NCBI GenBank assembly: GCA_001873565.1
Contig: MNZJ01000037.1
Span: forward strand, 1 to 61,622
From: Candidatus Peregrinibacteria bacterium CG2_30_44_17
GTDB lineage: Bacteria > Patescibacteriota > Gracilibacteria > UBA1369 > UBA12470
DNA length: 61,622 bases
Direction: 5' to 3'
Below the pieces are notes generated by a model. That model was given only the letters and a program-made list of their open reading frames with translations, had not been told where the DNA came from and made no database searches. The translations under genes were made by a program, and so were the position numbers. How positions within the stretch are numbered: position 1 is the first letter of the stretch; every line of letters starts with the position of its first letter. Shown piece after piece: positions 45,774-56,386 of this stretch.

Positions 45774-47204
45774 TTATTTTATTAGTTTCTTGATGGTGTC
45801 TGCTACAATTCCAGGGTTGGCTTGTCCTTTTGAGAGCTGCATTACTTTGCCAATAAGCGATCCGATTGCTCTGTCTTTACCGTTTTTGATATCCTCTACC
45901 GCCTCTGGGTTTTCTTCTATGACCTTATTGCATAATCCTTCAATCAGCCCTGTGTCTGAAACTTGTTTTAGCCCCTTTCTTTCTACTATTGCGGATGGGG
46001 GCGTCCCTTCCTTGTACATTTCTTCGAACACTTCGCCTTTGGCTACGTTGTTTGATATCTCGCCCGAATCAATAAGCTTTATTAGTTCTGCGAGCATAGC
46101 CGGGGTGATTTTTGACTGCGTAATTCCTACTTGGTCTTCGTTGAGATGTTTGAGTAACACTGTTGTTGTGAAAGCATTTGCCGACTTTGGATTACCTGAG
46201 ATCTTTGCTGCTTCCTCGAAAAAATCTGACAGTTCCGGTGCCTCTGTTAGCTGCCTTGCATCCTCTTGAGCGAGTCCGTACTCCGACACGAATCTTTGTT
46301 TCCTACTCAGAGGCAATTCCGGAATTTCTCTCTTTAATTTCTCGATATCTTCTGCCGTAATTGTCATTGGTGGCAAATCAGGCTCTGGGAAGTACCTGTA
46401 ATCCTGCGCTTCTTCTTTTGTTCGTTGAGATACAGTGACCTCGTTTTTCACATCAAAACCTCGCGTCTCCTGGACTACTACCTCCCCTGACTCGAGAGCC
46501 TCGACTTGTCTTTTGAACTCATATTCGAGTGCTTTTTCCAAAAACCTGAATGAGTTTAGGTTCTTTACTTCAACTTTGGTTCCGAATTTTGTCTCGCCCT
46601 TCTTGCGTATGGATATATTGATATCAAATCTCATCATTCCCTTCTCCATATCGCAATCAGATGAGCCGACGTATCTGAGTATTTTTTGCATCTCTCGGGC
46701 GTATGCAGATGCTTCTTTTGTTGAATAAATTTCCGGATCCGAAACTATCTCCATTAGAGGGGTGCCAGACCTGTTGTAATCACATAGCGTTCCTCCTGCT
46801 TCGTGTGTAAGTTTGCCTGCGTCGTCCTCGAGATGCAGTCTTGTTATCCCGACTCTCTTCATGCGTCCGTCAACTTCGAAATCTATGTATCCGTTCGCCG
46901 ATACGGGCTTGTCGTACTGAGATATCTGATAACCTTTCGGCAAGTCAGGGTAGAAATAGTTTTTTCTGTCGAATTTTGAAAAGAGTGGAATGTTGCAATT
47001 AAGTGCTACCGCCGCCTTGAGCCCTTTTAAGTAAGCTTCCTTGTTGACTGTCGGCAGCGTTCCTGGGAAACCCATGCAAATTGGGCAAGTGTTTACATTC
47101 GGCTCCTTGCGAAACGAATCGTTGTCGCATGAGCAGAACATCTTTGTTCTAGTGTTGATCTGTGCGTGGATTTCAAGTCCGATGATTGGCTCGTACTGTG
47201 TCAT
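45774..47204 (-). CDS. gatB: Asp/Glu-tRNA amidotransferase subunit B
   Basis: IGLEIHAQ..TKMFC, FDRKNYFYPDLPKGYQISQ, HLEDDAGK, EVKNLNS, DYRYFPEPDLP. Confidence 0.98.
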   Translation of the reverse strand: MTQYEPIIGLEIHAQINTRTKMFCSCDNDSFRKEPNVNTCPICMGFPGTLPTVNKEAYLKGLKAAVALNCNIPLFSKFDRKNYFYPDLPKGYQISQYDKPVSANGYIDFEVDGRMKRVGITRLHLEDDAGKLTHEAGGTLCDYNRSGTPLMEIVSDPEIYSTKEASAYAREMQKILRYVGSSDCDMEKGMMRFDINISIRKKGETKFGTKVEVKNLNSFRFLEKALEYEFKRQVEALESGEVVVQETRGFDVKNEVTVSQRTKEEAQDYRYFPEPDLPPMTITAEDIEKLKREIPELPLSRKQRFVSEYGLAQEDARQLTEAPELSDFFEEAAKISGNPKSANAFTTTVLLKHLNEDQVGITQSKITPAMLAELIKLIDSGEISNNVAKGEVFEEMYKEGTPPSAIVERKGLKQVSDTGLIEGLCNKVIEENPEAVEDIKNGKDRAIGSLIGKVMQLSKGQANPGIVADTIKKLIK

Positions 47205-47234
47205 CTGTAGGATATAGGAATTAGTCAGTAGGAT

Positions 47235-47795
47235 TTAGTCTGTAATCCGATTGTAGACTTTTGTTAGCTTCTGTCCAAAAGTTTTTTTATCAAAATTGTT
47301 GATTACCTTGATGTCGTATCTTATTTTGCTCAGGTTTTTGAAACTATCTATCTTTTGTAGGTACTGCGTTCGTATTCTTTTTATTCTCTGGTCTCTCGGC
47401 GCGGCAATGAGTATTATTTTGTCACAAAGCCTAAGGAACTTGTCTACCGGAGCACCTATCTCTACAAAAACCACTTTGGTCTGAGCTTTGTCTATAGCTT
47501 TCTGTGTCTCGGATAATACCAACGGGTGGATGATTTTTTCCAGAATTCGCAACTTCTTCTCGTCTTTGGAAACGAAGATGCCAAGGCGCGCTTTGTCTAC
47601 AGCTCCTTCTTTCATGAACTCTTCTCCGAAGAATGTCTCTATCTTTTTAGATCCCATGCCTCCTTTTTCGTATAGTGTTGCAACTATCTCATCGCAATCT
47701 ATGAATGCTGATCCTTGCCACTGAAAAAAATGTCCAGCGAAAGATTTGCCAGATGCGACGCCACCTATTATGCCGATGATTTGTTTGTTTTTCAT
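47235..47795 (-). CDS. coaE: Dephospho-CoA kinase
   Basis: IIGIIGGVASGKS, IDCD, LEKIIHP. Confidence 0.88.
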   Translation of the reverse strand: MKNKQIIGIIGGVASGKSFAGHFFQWQGSAFIDCDEIVATLYEKGGMGSKKIETFFGEEFMKEGAVDKARLGIFVSKDEKKLRILEKIIHPLVLSETQKAIDKAQTKVVFVEIGAPVDKFLRLCDKIILIAAPRDQRIKRIRTQYLQKIDSFKNLSKIRYDIKVINNFDKKTFGQKLTKVYNRITD

Positions 47796-48358
47796 TGCCC
47801 TCGTCTATTTTCCTGAACCATTTGAACTAAAAGGTCTTTCAATGCGGTTTGATCTTTGTAGTTTTTCGCTTTTACGAACTTCTCCTGATATTTAAGGACT
47901 TCTCTTCCTACGGTCTTTGGGAATGATACGTCTCCTAGCGTCACGACTGTTCCAGTTCCAAGCCTCTCTATCATAATATCGCCGTAATTCATTATTGTGC
48001 CCCAGAACCCTTGAATCTGGTAAGTCACCCCTTCTATCGTGTGGTACTCTATCCTGGTCGAGGATTTGTTGAAAAAACCATCCCACTGCAAGTCTATGAT
48101 GCCAAGATTTGTTATTATCCATGCATCCATGTACCAATCAAGTAGCTCGTATAGAAACAGTAGGATTCCTACTGCGAGCCAGCCCATCCATATCACAAAA
48201 AACGGTGGCATAATGAGGTTGAACCCGAGAGGAAGAACTATCCCAAGCACCAATGCTTTGAAAAAAGACGCGTAGTTTATGAATGGATGAGTGTGTGCGA
48301 CAAAATATATCTTCTCCCCCTGATTCAGATAACTTCTAAAAAAAATATTTGCTAGCAT
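47792..48358 (-). CDS. Membrane protein with bacterial PH domain
   Basis: GE.I....H.HP, two TMs, W.ITN..IID...G.F, G..GT..NYGD. Confidence 0.8.
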   Translation of the reverse strand: MLANIFFRSYLNQGEKIYFVAHTHPFINYASFFKALVLGIVLPLGFNLIMPPFFVIWMGWLAVGILLFLYELLDWYMDAWIITNLGIIDLQWDGFFNKSSTRIEYHTIEGVTYQIQGFWGTIMNYGDIMIERLGTGTVVTLGDVSFPKTVGREVLKYQEKFVKAKNYKDQTALKDLLVQMVQENRRGQ

Positions 48359-48472
48359 TTTGGGTGTTGATTTCTGTACTTATCTGAAATTTACCTAAAA
48401 AAGATCATCTTGTAAATGCTTCGCTCACCATGTAGATTACTCTTTGCTTTTTAACTAAACATAAAAACACAA

Positions 48473-49210
48473 ATGGACTCTGAGTTGAAAGAAGAAGATG
48501 ATAGCAGTAAGGATGTAGACGAGGTGTATTATGATGGTTCTTCCAAGTTAGCATATGTCGCCAAAAGCACTCTTTGGTTTTTTGTCGACGTAGCTATCAA
48601 TGCTGCGATTATCATCGCTCTCGTATTCATAATAAGAGGCGTTATATTCTCTCCTTTTCAGGTGAGTGGGCCGTCTATGTGTGACACTCTGAATAATTTT
48701 AGTGACAACTGCGTTCATGGCAATGGCGAATATATTATCGTAAACAAATTCTCTTATTTTAGTTTCTTTGGATGGTCTTTCTCTGATTACGAGAGAGGCG
48801 ATATCATAGTTTTTCATCCGCCTGAAGGTGATGATGGCGAGTTTTACATCAAGAGAATCATAGGCTTGCCTGGAGAGACCGTTGAACTCATTGATGGCGA
48901 AGTCTACATATACAACGAGGACTATCCTGATGGATTTAAGCTGGATGAACAGTATCTCAATGAAGGGAATTACGGAAAAACATATCCGTTTACGACAACT
49001 TTGACCGAATTCTACGTAGAGGACGGAACGTATTTTGTTATGGGTGACAACAGGCGCGCAAGTAGTGATTCGCGAAGATGCTTTGGAAATGTCGACTGCA
49101 ACGCCGAACTGGCACTTCTTGATAGAGATCTTATCCAAGGAAAAGGCTGGCTCATTCTGTGGCCACTTGATAGACTGAGGATCCTGCCTAGCTACGATTA
49201 CGGTATGTAG
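48473..49210 (+). CDS. lepB: Signal peptidase I
   Basis: V.G.SM..TL, RGDIIVF, YIKRIIGLPGE, FVMGDNR..S.DSR. Confidence 0.95.
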   Translation: MDSELKEEDDSSKDVDEVYYDGSSKLAYVAKSTLWFFVDVAINAAIIIALVFIIRGVIFSPFQVSGPSMCDTLNNFSDNCVHGNGEYIIVNKFSYFSFFGWSFSDYERGDIIVFHPPEGDDGEFYIKRIIGLPGETVELIDGEVYIYNEDYPDGFKLDEQYLNEGNYGKTYPFTTTLTEFYVEDGTYFVMGDNRRASSDSRRCFGNVDCNAELALLDRDLIQGKGWLILWPLDRLRILPSYDYGM

Positions 49211-49218
49211 GTTTGGCC

Positions 49219-49611
49219 CTAATAATTCTTGCTTGTAACGTATGATTCAAGCAAGACTATTATTGCTACTACCAAGAGTCCGTTCCACCACGTCAATACG
49301 CCGAGCACTAGAAATGCCAGACAGATTATCGTGCATAGTGATAGCAGCAGTCCCTGCCTGATTGATGTATTGATGTATCCTATGCTGATTTCGTTTTTTG
49401 TAACCCATTTTCGCAAATAGAATCCTAGCAGCGTAAACGAGCATGTTAGCGTTATAAGCAGACTCAAGAAAAACAGAGCTAATGCAAGCCCTGTGGACTC
49501 ATATGGGTCGAGTTTCATCACTACTACCAGCCATCCTGCCAGGCTTATACCGCCAGCTATCATTAGCGGCTGTATGTATCTTTTTTCCGGGTTGAAAGGT
49601 TCAACGTTCAT
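49219..49611 (-). CDS. Four-TM hypothetical membrane protein
   Basis: Hydrophobic ORF with an S.RQG motif; overlaps the upstream gene end. Confidence 0.75.
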   Translation of the reverse strand: MNVEPFNPEKRYIQPLMIAGGISLAGWLVVVMKLDPYESTGLALALFFLSLLITLTCSFTLLGFYLRKWVTKNEISIGYINTSIRQGLLLSLCTIICLAFLVLGVLTWWNGLLVVAIIVLLESYVTSKNY

Positions 49612-50191
49612 TGAGGTTTTCTTTTTTTATTTTTTGTAAGAGCACAGGGATATTCTTCATGTCTTCTATGAGTATCTCTCTGTACGACCCATTATACAAC
49701 GCTACGGCCGGATGGTACATCGGATAATAAACTTGCTTGCCTCCGTCGATGCCTTTGTATCTCTTTGCTTTGCCATGGGCCTCGGATATTTTTAGTCCAG
49801 GCAGGAATCTTCCCATGGAGTGTCTGCCGAGCGTGACAATCAATATCGGCTTAATAGCTCTGATTTGCGCCTCTAGGTATGGCCAACATGCTGCTATCTC
49901 TTCCGGCAAAGGATCTCTGTTGTTTGGTGGCCTGCATTTTACGACATTGGCTATATAAACATCTTCGCGTTTTAAGTCGACAGTGCTCAGCAAATGATCT
50001 AAGAATTTCCCTGCTGCTCCTACAAAAGGTCGTCCTTGCAAATCCTCGTCTTTTCCAGGTCCTTCGCCTATAAACATAATCTCCGCATGGGGGTTGCCCT
50101 CGCCAGGCACGCCGTTAGTCCTGCCTTCGTGCAGCGGGCATTTTGTACACTTTTTACATTGATCCTCTATGTCTCTAAGAGTTGTCGTCAT
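49601..50191 (-). CDS. Uracil-DNA glycosylase family 4
   Basis: Cxx[34 protein letters not shown]. Confidence 0.95.
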   Translation of the reverse strand: MTTTLRDIEDQCKKCTKCPLHEGRTNGVPGEGNPHAEIMFIGEGPGKDEDLQGRPFVGAAGKFLDHLLSTVDLKREDVYIANVVKCRPPNNRDPLPEEIAACWPYLEAQIRAIKPILIVTLGRHSMGRFLPGLKISEAHGKAKRYKGIDGGKQVYYPMYHPAVALYNGSYREILIEDMKNIPVLLQKIKKENLNER

Positions 50192-51161
50192 TCGTTCTGG
50201 TTAATACAAAACCAATTATCAGCATTATTGCGCCGGCTACAGTCAGTATTATTCCATGCATCTCTACTCTATCCGTAAGAAGTTTTATGAATGTCATCGC
50301 CGTAACCAAGCTTTTTTCTAACGTTTCAACCGATACTTCCGGAGTCTCTTGCGCTATTTTTAGAAGTAGCATTTTCATTGTGCCGTCTATTGTAAGATTT
50401 ATTATTGCCAATGGCAATCCACTCCAGAATAGAGCGTTACCAACCCACTTAAGCACAGAGGCAAGAGGTCTCCATATAATCAGGCCTATTAGTGTAACCA
50501 GCAAGAAGTATATTGCGAGTATGCCTATTCGTAGCCGCTTATTGTTCTGAACGAGCAATTGTATGGTGTTTCTCGCTTTTTCTGGCAGCACCGTCAAATC
50601 TATCTCTGTTTTCTCCGGCATGCTTGCGAAAACATCTGGGTCTACAGCCAGTCCTCCGAGTAGATCTGCGCGATCCAAGTCCGACGGTATACATGTGATC
50701 ATTTCGCCACCTTCGATATCAAAATCTGCCATACTTTTTTCAGGGCACTCTTCCATTTCGGATACCATGTCTCCGAGTATGGCCTCCGCTACTTGCGGCA
50801 TATTTTCTTTTATGACAGAAAGATCCACAGTAATGACATCAGGCAAAGGTTCTTGCATTAGTTGATCTATGACGTCTTGCGTTAAGTCTATTGCTGCGTC
50901 TTTTGGCAAGATCTCTTCTATTTGAGAGGCTATCTTCTGAGGATCTATCAAGGAGCTGCCGTCTGTGTTTTCCGTTTTGATTATGTCACCTATATTGGCT
51001 GCTATATATTCCGCCAAAGTATCGTAGATCTCGGATATTACATCTTCATCCGTATAGAAGTCCGGATTCACGTATGTTTCCAGTGCCGCGTAAACAAAAC
51101 TGATTACCGGCACTACGAGTAGTACTAAGAATAGTATGAATCCTGCCAAAAGTTTCCTCAT
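50175..51161 (-). CDS. Hypothetical membrane protein
   Basis: N-terminal TM, acidic extracytoplasmic loop with a Cys pair, three C-terminal TMs. Confidence 0.75.
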   Translation of the reverse strand: MRKLLAGFILFLVLLVVPVISFVYAALETYVNPDFYTDEDVISEIYDTLAEYIAANIGDIIKTENTDGSSLIDPQKIASQIEEILPKDAAIDLTQDVIDQLMQEPLPDVITVDLSVIKENMPQVAEAILGDMVSEMEECPEKSMADFDIEGGEMITCIPSDLDRADLLGGLAVDPDVFASMPEKTEIDLTVLPEKARNTIQLLVQNNKRLRIGILAIYFLLVTLIGLIIWRPLASVLKWVGNALFWSGLPLAIINLTIDGTMKMLLLKIAQETPEVSVETLEKSLVTAMTFIKLLTDRVEMHGIILTVAGAIMLIIGFVLTRTNDDNS

Positions 51162-51236
51162 GTTTTTTGTTTTTATATGCGCCTTCCCAATTTATCAAAT
51201 ACAGTGTTAAAATTGAAGGTGTAATTTATAAGCTTT

Positions 51237-52172
51237 ATGAATAAGATTCACGTTGTTTTCATGGGTACGCCCGAATTCGCAGTTCCTGTGCTGCAGGGGC
51301 TATGCGAAGATCCACGCATAGAAGTTGACATGGTTGTTACTCAGCCGGACAGACCTGCGAATCGAGGGAAGATTCTAACTTCTCCCCCGGTTAAAGTCCT
51401 TGCTGAAAAACTATCACTCACTATTGTGCAGCCTGATAATGTCAATGGAGATGACGTCATCAGAATGATCGCAGGCGTTGCGCCTGATTTTATCATAGTA
51501 GTTGCTTACGGACAGATACTCAGTACTAAGATATTGGCACTTGCAAAGAAAGAGGTTCTCAATTTGCATGCGTCGCTACTGCCTAAATACAGAGGGGCAT
51601 CCCCTATCCAAGCCGCTATTCTCGCTGGAGAAAAAAAGACAGGTGTGTCTATTATGGGTGTTCGCAAGAAGATGGACTCTGGGCCTGTTTACAGAAGCTC
51701 CAGCACTTCAGCTGATGACAAGAACTTCATTGAACTATCCGAGGAACTAACCGAAATTGGTACGAAAACGCTAGTCAAAGTTATCAAGGAGTTTAGCAAG
51801 CTTGTTCCGTCAGAGCAGGATCATTCCAAAGCGACTTACTGCAAGAAGGTTGATAAAACCGACGGGCTCATTTCTTTTTCCGAGATGGATTCGAATGAAA
51901 TCTTTAGAAGATTTAAGGCTTTTTACGGATGGCCCGGCGTGTTTGCCGAGTGGCATGAAAAGCGCATACTTCTATCTGGAATTTCTATCAGTGACGTACA
52001 GTGCGGCAATCAATCCGGCGCCGTTTGCCGCATCGATGACAATGTATACGTCATGGCAAAAAACTCTTCTTCTATTGAGCTAAAGAGCGTTAAGCTCGAA
52101 GGGAAGAAAGAGCTTCCTATTTCTGAATTCCTCCGAGGACATCGTGACTTTGTCGGCTCGCGACTTGCATAG
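51237..52172 (+). CDS. fmt: Methionyl-tRNA formyltransferase
   Basis: FMGTPEFA, VTQPDRP, VVAYG, NLHASLLPKYRGASPI. Confidence 0.97.
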   Translation: MNKIHVVFMGTPEFAVPVLQGLCEDPRIEVDMVVTQPDRPANRGKILTSPPVKVLAEKLSLTIVQPDNVNGDDVIRMIAGVAPDFIIVVAYGQILSTKILALAKKEVLNLHASLLPKYRGASPIQAAILAGEKKTGVSIMGVRKKMDSGPVYRSSSTSADDKNFIELSEELTEIGTKTLVKVIKEFSKLVPSEQDHSKATYCKKVDKTDGLISFSEMDSNEIFRRFKAFYGWPGVFAEWHEKRILLSGISISDVQCGNQSGAVCRIDDNVYVMAKNSSSIELKSVKLEGKKELPISEFLRGHRDFVGSRLA

Positions 52173-53319
52173 ACAGAAGCAACACTGCCAATATTTGTCC
52201 CTGAGTCGTTGTGTACATGTAGTGATCTACCAGCCCTATTACAGCTAAGGCTAATATTGAGTACTTGATTCTCTTGCTTTTGCCACTTAGAAGTACGTTG
52301 AATAGAATGAATAGTATTACTGATATCCCTATAATTCCCAGTTCCGCTGTCGCTAGCAAATACACATTATGAACAGGCTGATATTCCCACGGCGATATCT
52401 TGTCATCCGAGTAATCCTGTACGTAGTTGGTGAAATTTGCGAATCCTACTCCCATAGGATTGTCCAATATCATCTCTACGGCTGGCTGCAGCTGACTCAA
52501 TCTGGCCTCTATTTCTGTCGTACTCAGGAAATGAGTCTTCAAATAAGGTAATGCTACTACTACGGGGATAACGCAGATTCCTATAAGGATTGTCATCATC
52601 CTCTTGCTAGATGATATTTTTTTGATATTAAAAATCGCATATATAAAACCGACGAGTATCAAAGCTCCTATTCCCGACCTGGAAAATGTTAAAGTTAGTC
52701 CGACGATGCAAAGCGCTATAAGTGGCAGCCGTTTTTTGAATTTCATGTTCAGTATTATAGCTACCACCATGAAGCCCGCTAAGATGTTTGGATGAGGCAT
52801 TGTGCCGTAACTCCTTATGATTTTATCTTCACCCATGTCGATTTTGGCGATGCCGGAAGATGCTAAATTCGGCTCTCCAAGCAGTGATAGACCCAAGCTA
52901 TCTTGACTCACAAATTGCCCTATGGAGGCTGCCGCCTGCAATGCCATCGATATCATAAATACTCCCGATATCCTGCTTTTTTTTGCGATTCCATTCTTGA
53001 TAAGTATGTATAACAAGAAGAGTGTCGCGATCTTAAAAACCACCCACTCTATCGCAACTGATGAGTGAAAAGCTATGAGTGCTCCAAGGATACAAAGCAG
53101 TCCCAGATGCATTCTGTTCCCTGTATTGATCTTCTTCTGAAACGGCAAGAAGAGTACTGCGCTTAGTATGACTAGTATGTCGCTTAAATATATTGCTGCG
53201 TTATTAAACTGATTCGCTTGTCCTGCCAAATATATATCAGGCTGAGAAACGATAGTGAAAATTTGCAGGGGCAGTATGAAAATCGCGAACAAAAATATCG
53301 CTTCGGCTATATCCTCCAT
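52117..53319 (-). CDS. O-antigen ligase (Wzy_C) family protein
   Basis: Multi-TM; RSYGT.PHPN.LAG, LTFSRS, G.G..NF, PVHN.YL...ELG. Start placed at ATG 53319. Confidence 0.85.
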   Translation of the reverse strand: MEDIAEAIFLFAIFILPLQIFTIVSQPDIYLAGQANQFNNAAIYLSDILVILSAVLFLPFQKKINTGNRMHLGLLCILGALIAFHSSVAIEWVVFKIATLFLLYILIKNGIAKKSRISGVFMISMALQAAASIGQFVSQDSLGLSLLGEPNLASSGIAKIDMGEDKIIRSYGTMPHPNILAGFMVVAIILNMKFKKRLPLIALCIVGLTLTFSRSGIGALILVGFIYAIFNIKKISSSKRMMTILIGICVIPVVVALPYLKTHFLSTTEIEARLSQLQPAVEMILDNPMGVGFANFTNYVQDYSDDKISPWEYQPVHNVYLLATAELGIIGISVILFILFNVLLSGKSKRIKYSILALAVIGLVDHYMYTTTQGQILAVLLLSMQVASRQSHDVLGGIQK

Positions 53320-53329
53320 TTTGATTTTT

Positions 53330-54754
53330 TTACTCTCCTTCCGTACCAGAGAGACTAGGGAAAAGCCCTTCATCGGGTATGATTGCGTTAATTTGTTGCT
53401 CTACTGTGCTGAGGGCTGAGCTTACTTTGACTGTCGAAAGTATTGATGAGACAGCCTCTTCGATAATCTCTGCGTATTTTTGCGCATCGGCTATAGGTAT
53501 TGTTTCCGCATATCCAACTTGAGTCGCGAATACGCCATAAATCGGATCTTTCATCTCTTCCTCAAGCAAGTCTCTTCTTGATGACGGCTTGTGAGTCTCT
53601 TCGAAGTAATACTGCCCGACTTCTTGTGATGCTAAATACTCTATAAAAGCCCACGCTTCGTCCGGATAGTCCGATGTTCTGGAAACCGTATATGCGAAGT
53701 AATTTGCATACACATTCCTCTTGTCCGTACTTGTGTCGGGGTCGTAGACCTGTGGTATTTCCACTACCTTGATTGCATTCGGATCTATAGTGTCTCCGCC
53801 TGTCTTCTTCTCTGTTTCTATCAAGTTTAACAAGTCTTCGTACAGATAAGAATAACCGAAAATCATTGACACTTTACCTTCTATAAAAGATTGTAACTCC
53901 TTCTCGCTGCTATCTGCATCCGAGATGTACTCATTCCAGCAATAATTCTTGTTACTTGGAATAGCAAACGACGTGTATAAGTCAAAAGCTTCTTCTCCTG
54001 GTGACGTGATGCCTCCAGAGGCGCTAACCTCTGTATCGGCGATGGTCGAAGCCGTGTAGCTGTTGTTATACAAAGGTGCTTTGTACTGCAATAACAATGT
54101 ATAGAGTATGTCTGTTGCCCTAAGGATGTTGTCGGTACGTCCCATTGCAATCCCAGCCACCTCAAATCTCTCGAAGCTGTTGTCTGACTTAGTGAGCTTG
54201 TACACGTCATCAAGCAGTTCGCTCCATGTATTTGCGGGCTTTCCTCTCGATGGTACGGCGTCTTCGTACTGATTTTTGTTGTAGTAAAGAGCTATCGTGT
54301 CCACGTACATAGGCATGCCGAAAATCACATAGTTAGTTGCGTCATATTGTCTTAGAAAATCGTCCGAAACTACGCTTACGAACGTATTATCAAACTCCGT
54401 CGCAGTTTCTAGGTCTACCAAGTATGGATTTACCTTTTTGTAATGTTCGTATATCCAGCTATTTTGCATCATGAAGATGTCCGGACCTTTCCCCTCCGCT
54501 AATTCATTGATGATGAGGTCCAGATATGCCTCGGGGTCTGTGAACTGTTTATACGTTATGTTGACGTTCGTGTGAGAGCTTTCGTATTCCTGTATTAGTG
54601 GCTTGTAAATATCGGAATCATCAAAAAGTCCGTACATGACAAGGTCAACCGCCTCCGAACTACTTTTGGTAGATGTCGTATCCTTTTTAAGGCATCCTGA
54701 AAACATCGTCAAAATCACTGTAATAATTACAATAAATGCTATGTTTTTTCGCAT
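53330..54754 (-). CDS. Extracellular solute-binding lipoprotein (sugar-binding family 1 type)
   Basis: Lipobox FSG|C, GKGPDIF, D..ALYYNK, P..W.E, F..GK.SM, AWAFIEYL. Confidence 0.88.
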   Translation of the reverse strand: MRKNIAFIVIITVILTMFSGCLKKDTTSTKSSSEAVDLVMYGLFDDSDIYKPLIQEYESSHTNVNITYKQFTDPEAYLDLIINELAEGKGPDIFMMQNSWIYEHYKKVNPYLVDLETATEFDNTFVSVVSDDFLRQYDATNYVIFGMPMYVDTIALYYNKNQYEDAVPSRGKPANTWSELLDDVYKLTKSDNSFERFEVAGIAMGRTDNILRATDILYTLLLQYKAPLYNNSYTASTIADTEVSASGGITSPGEEAFDLYTSFAIPSNKNYCWNEYISDADSSEKELQSFIEGKVSMIFGYSYLYEDLLNLIETEKKTGGDTIDPNAIKVVEIPQVYDPDTSTDKRNVYANYFAYTVSRTSDYPDEAWAFIEYLASQEVGQYYFEETHKPSSRRDLLEEEMKDPIYGVFATQVGYAETIPIADAQKYAEIIEEAVSSILSTVKVSSALSTVEQQINAIIPDEGLFPSLSGTEGE

Positions 54755-54786
54755 ATTTTGTTTTTTATTTTTAATCTTTGATGGGA

Positions 54787-55671
54787 TTATACCTGCCGCA
54801 GTCCACAGAGCAAATACCTTTTTGAAAGCGCGTAGTAATAAAAGTTCTTTCTATACTTCTTAGCCAGCATAAGTACGGGCTTCCGCGATATCAGCCATAG
54901 CGCTGTTTTCTTCCATAAAGGCGGTAGTTTTTTCAGTTCCGGATGTTTTTTGTGGAAGATTTTTGACGATTTGCCGATCGACCGCATCCGATCCGCCAAA
55001 GACTTCTCGTCTATCATATGGTGATGGTAGCCTACAGCATTTTTATTGTAATAAAGCTTCATGTTCTCTTCTTTTGCGAGTCTGTATCCAAGCTCTATAT
55101 CTTCCCATCCGTACGAATGGAAGTCCTGATCAAACTTGTGTTTTTCCAGTAGCTTTTTCTTGATTGAGATGTTCGAGGTGTAAAAGAAATTGTAATCCGC
55201 TTCCTCCTTCCCCTCGAGAAGATCGTATGCAAACTGAGTGCCTCCGTCTTTTCCACTTGTGAGCCATCTCATAAAATCCGTCACTTCTACTTCCGGATGC
55301 CACAGCACCAAACCGAGCACTGCTATCCTCTTCTCCGGATGTTTTTTGTGCATAAGCATATGTCCCTGTACCGCGGTTCTTTCGAGAAGAATGTCGTCGC
55401 CTATAAACAGGATGATGTCTCCTGTAGCGTGCTTAAGCCCATTATTTCTTGCGTTGCCCTGTCCTTGATTTTTCTGATATACGTATTTGAAATGGGGGAA
55501 TCTAAAACTCCAACTTGTTGAAATCTCTTGTGTCTTATCGCTGCTGCCGTCGTCAACAACGATTACTTGGAAGTCCTGAAAAGTTTGTTCGCTTAAATGT
55601 TCGAGGCAGCGACCGAGTATTTCGGCTCTATTGTGAGTTGGTATGATTATTGTAAGCATTGGATCTATCAT
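54787..55671 (-). CDS. Glycosyltransferase family 2
   Basis: IIIPTHNR, VVDDGSSD, ARN.G, F.GDD, GWEDIELGYRL. Confidence 0.93.
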   Translation of the reverse strand: MIDPMLTIIIPTHNRAEILGRCLEHLSEQTFQDFQVIVVDDGSSDKTQEISTSWSFRFPHFKYVYQKNQGQGNARNNGLKHATGDIILFIGDDILLERTAVQGHMLMHKKHPEKRIAVLGLVLWHPEVEVTDFMRWLTSGKDGGTQFAYDLLEGKEEADYNFFYTSNISIKKKLLEKHKFDQDFHSYGWEDIELGYRLAKEENMKLYYNKNAVGYHHHMIDEKSLADRMRSIGKSSKIFHKKHPELKKLPPLWKKTALWLISRKPVLMLAKKYRKNFYYYALSKRYLLCGLRQV

Positions 55672-55687
55672 CTGTTTGATTCTAATA

Positions 55688-55885
55688 GAGCCATTCTTCC
55701 AAAGTCAATCAACTACTGCAAAATGGGGAAATCTGCTGCGAATTCTTCAAAGCTCCTCAATGGGAATTTGCTCAGGTTTCGCCACTACCTTATCCGTATC
55801 TAACCTGATGCGCCGTTGTCGCTTTTTAGAATTTTCGCGCAACTTTATCATTTTTCGCTACGTTACTGACCTTTGCAGAGGTCTC
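55688..55885. mobile_element. MITE copy 2 (degenerate left TIR, ~35-bp internal insert)
   Basis: Shares AAGTCAAT.AACTACTGCAAAATG, TATCCGTATCTAA.CTGAT.CGCCGTTGTCGCTT and TTTTTCGCTACGTTACTGAC...GCAGAGGTCTC with 30868-31030. Confidence 0.8.
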
Positions 55886-55891
55886 TATTAG

Positions 55892-55922
55892 AAAAAGGGT
55901 CTTATGTAAAAGACCCTTTTTC
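55892..55922 (-). terminator. Intrinsic terminator after ssb (symmetric)
   Basis: AAAAAGGGTCTT-ATGTAA-AAGACCCTTTTT. Confidence 0.8.
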
Positions 55923-55962
55923 ATCCCTACCGTACTTCGCTTTAATCGACTGTACGTAATTA

Positions 55963-56334
55963 TTACTCTTTGTCCTCTGCAGACGTAGCCTCTATCTCGT
56001 CTTTCTTAATCTTCAGGAAGATTACGCGACTCGCTTTCACCTCAGTGATAGAGCGCTTACCACCCTCTTTATCTTCATAGCCCCTGTACTGAATTTCGCC
56101 CTCCAGCATAACCAGGCTGCCTTTTGTTAAATGCTTTGCGCATATGTCGCCAAGCTGTCTCCATGCTACAATCCTATGAAATTGAGCCTGATCCTCTATC
56201 TCGCCTGTCTCATGCGCTACCGCTTTGTTTGTTGCGACTGAGAATTTGGTCAGAGTGTGGCCGTGTTCCGTCTTTTTGCTCTCGGGATTGGCCGTGAGAT
56301 GCCCGAGCAGCATCACTTTGTTTAGGTACTGCAT
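55963..56334 (-). CDS. ssb: Single-stranded DNA-binding protein, short paralog
   Basis: LNKVMLLG.LT..PE, FSVATN, FHRIVAW, L.KGS.V..EG. Lacks the DDIPF-type tail. Confidence 0.9.
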   Translation of the reverse strand: MQYLNKVMLLGHLTANPESKKTEHGHTLTKFSVATNKAVAHETGEIEDQAQFHRIVAWRQLGDICAKHLTKGSLVMLEGEIQYRGYEDKEGGKRSITEVKASRVIFLKIKKDEIEATSAEDKE

Positions 56335-56386
56335 CTTTTTATTTGGTTAGGAAATACAGCACTTTCTGTTTTAGCAAAGTGATATT

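Noticed and set aside
48548-49138. Long antisense ORFs (e.g. 48548-49138, 37068-37586, 44556-45170, 31897-32394)
   Set aside because: They are shadows of well-supported genes on the opposite strand and have no motifs of their own.
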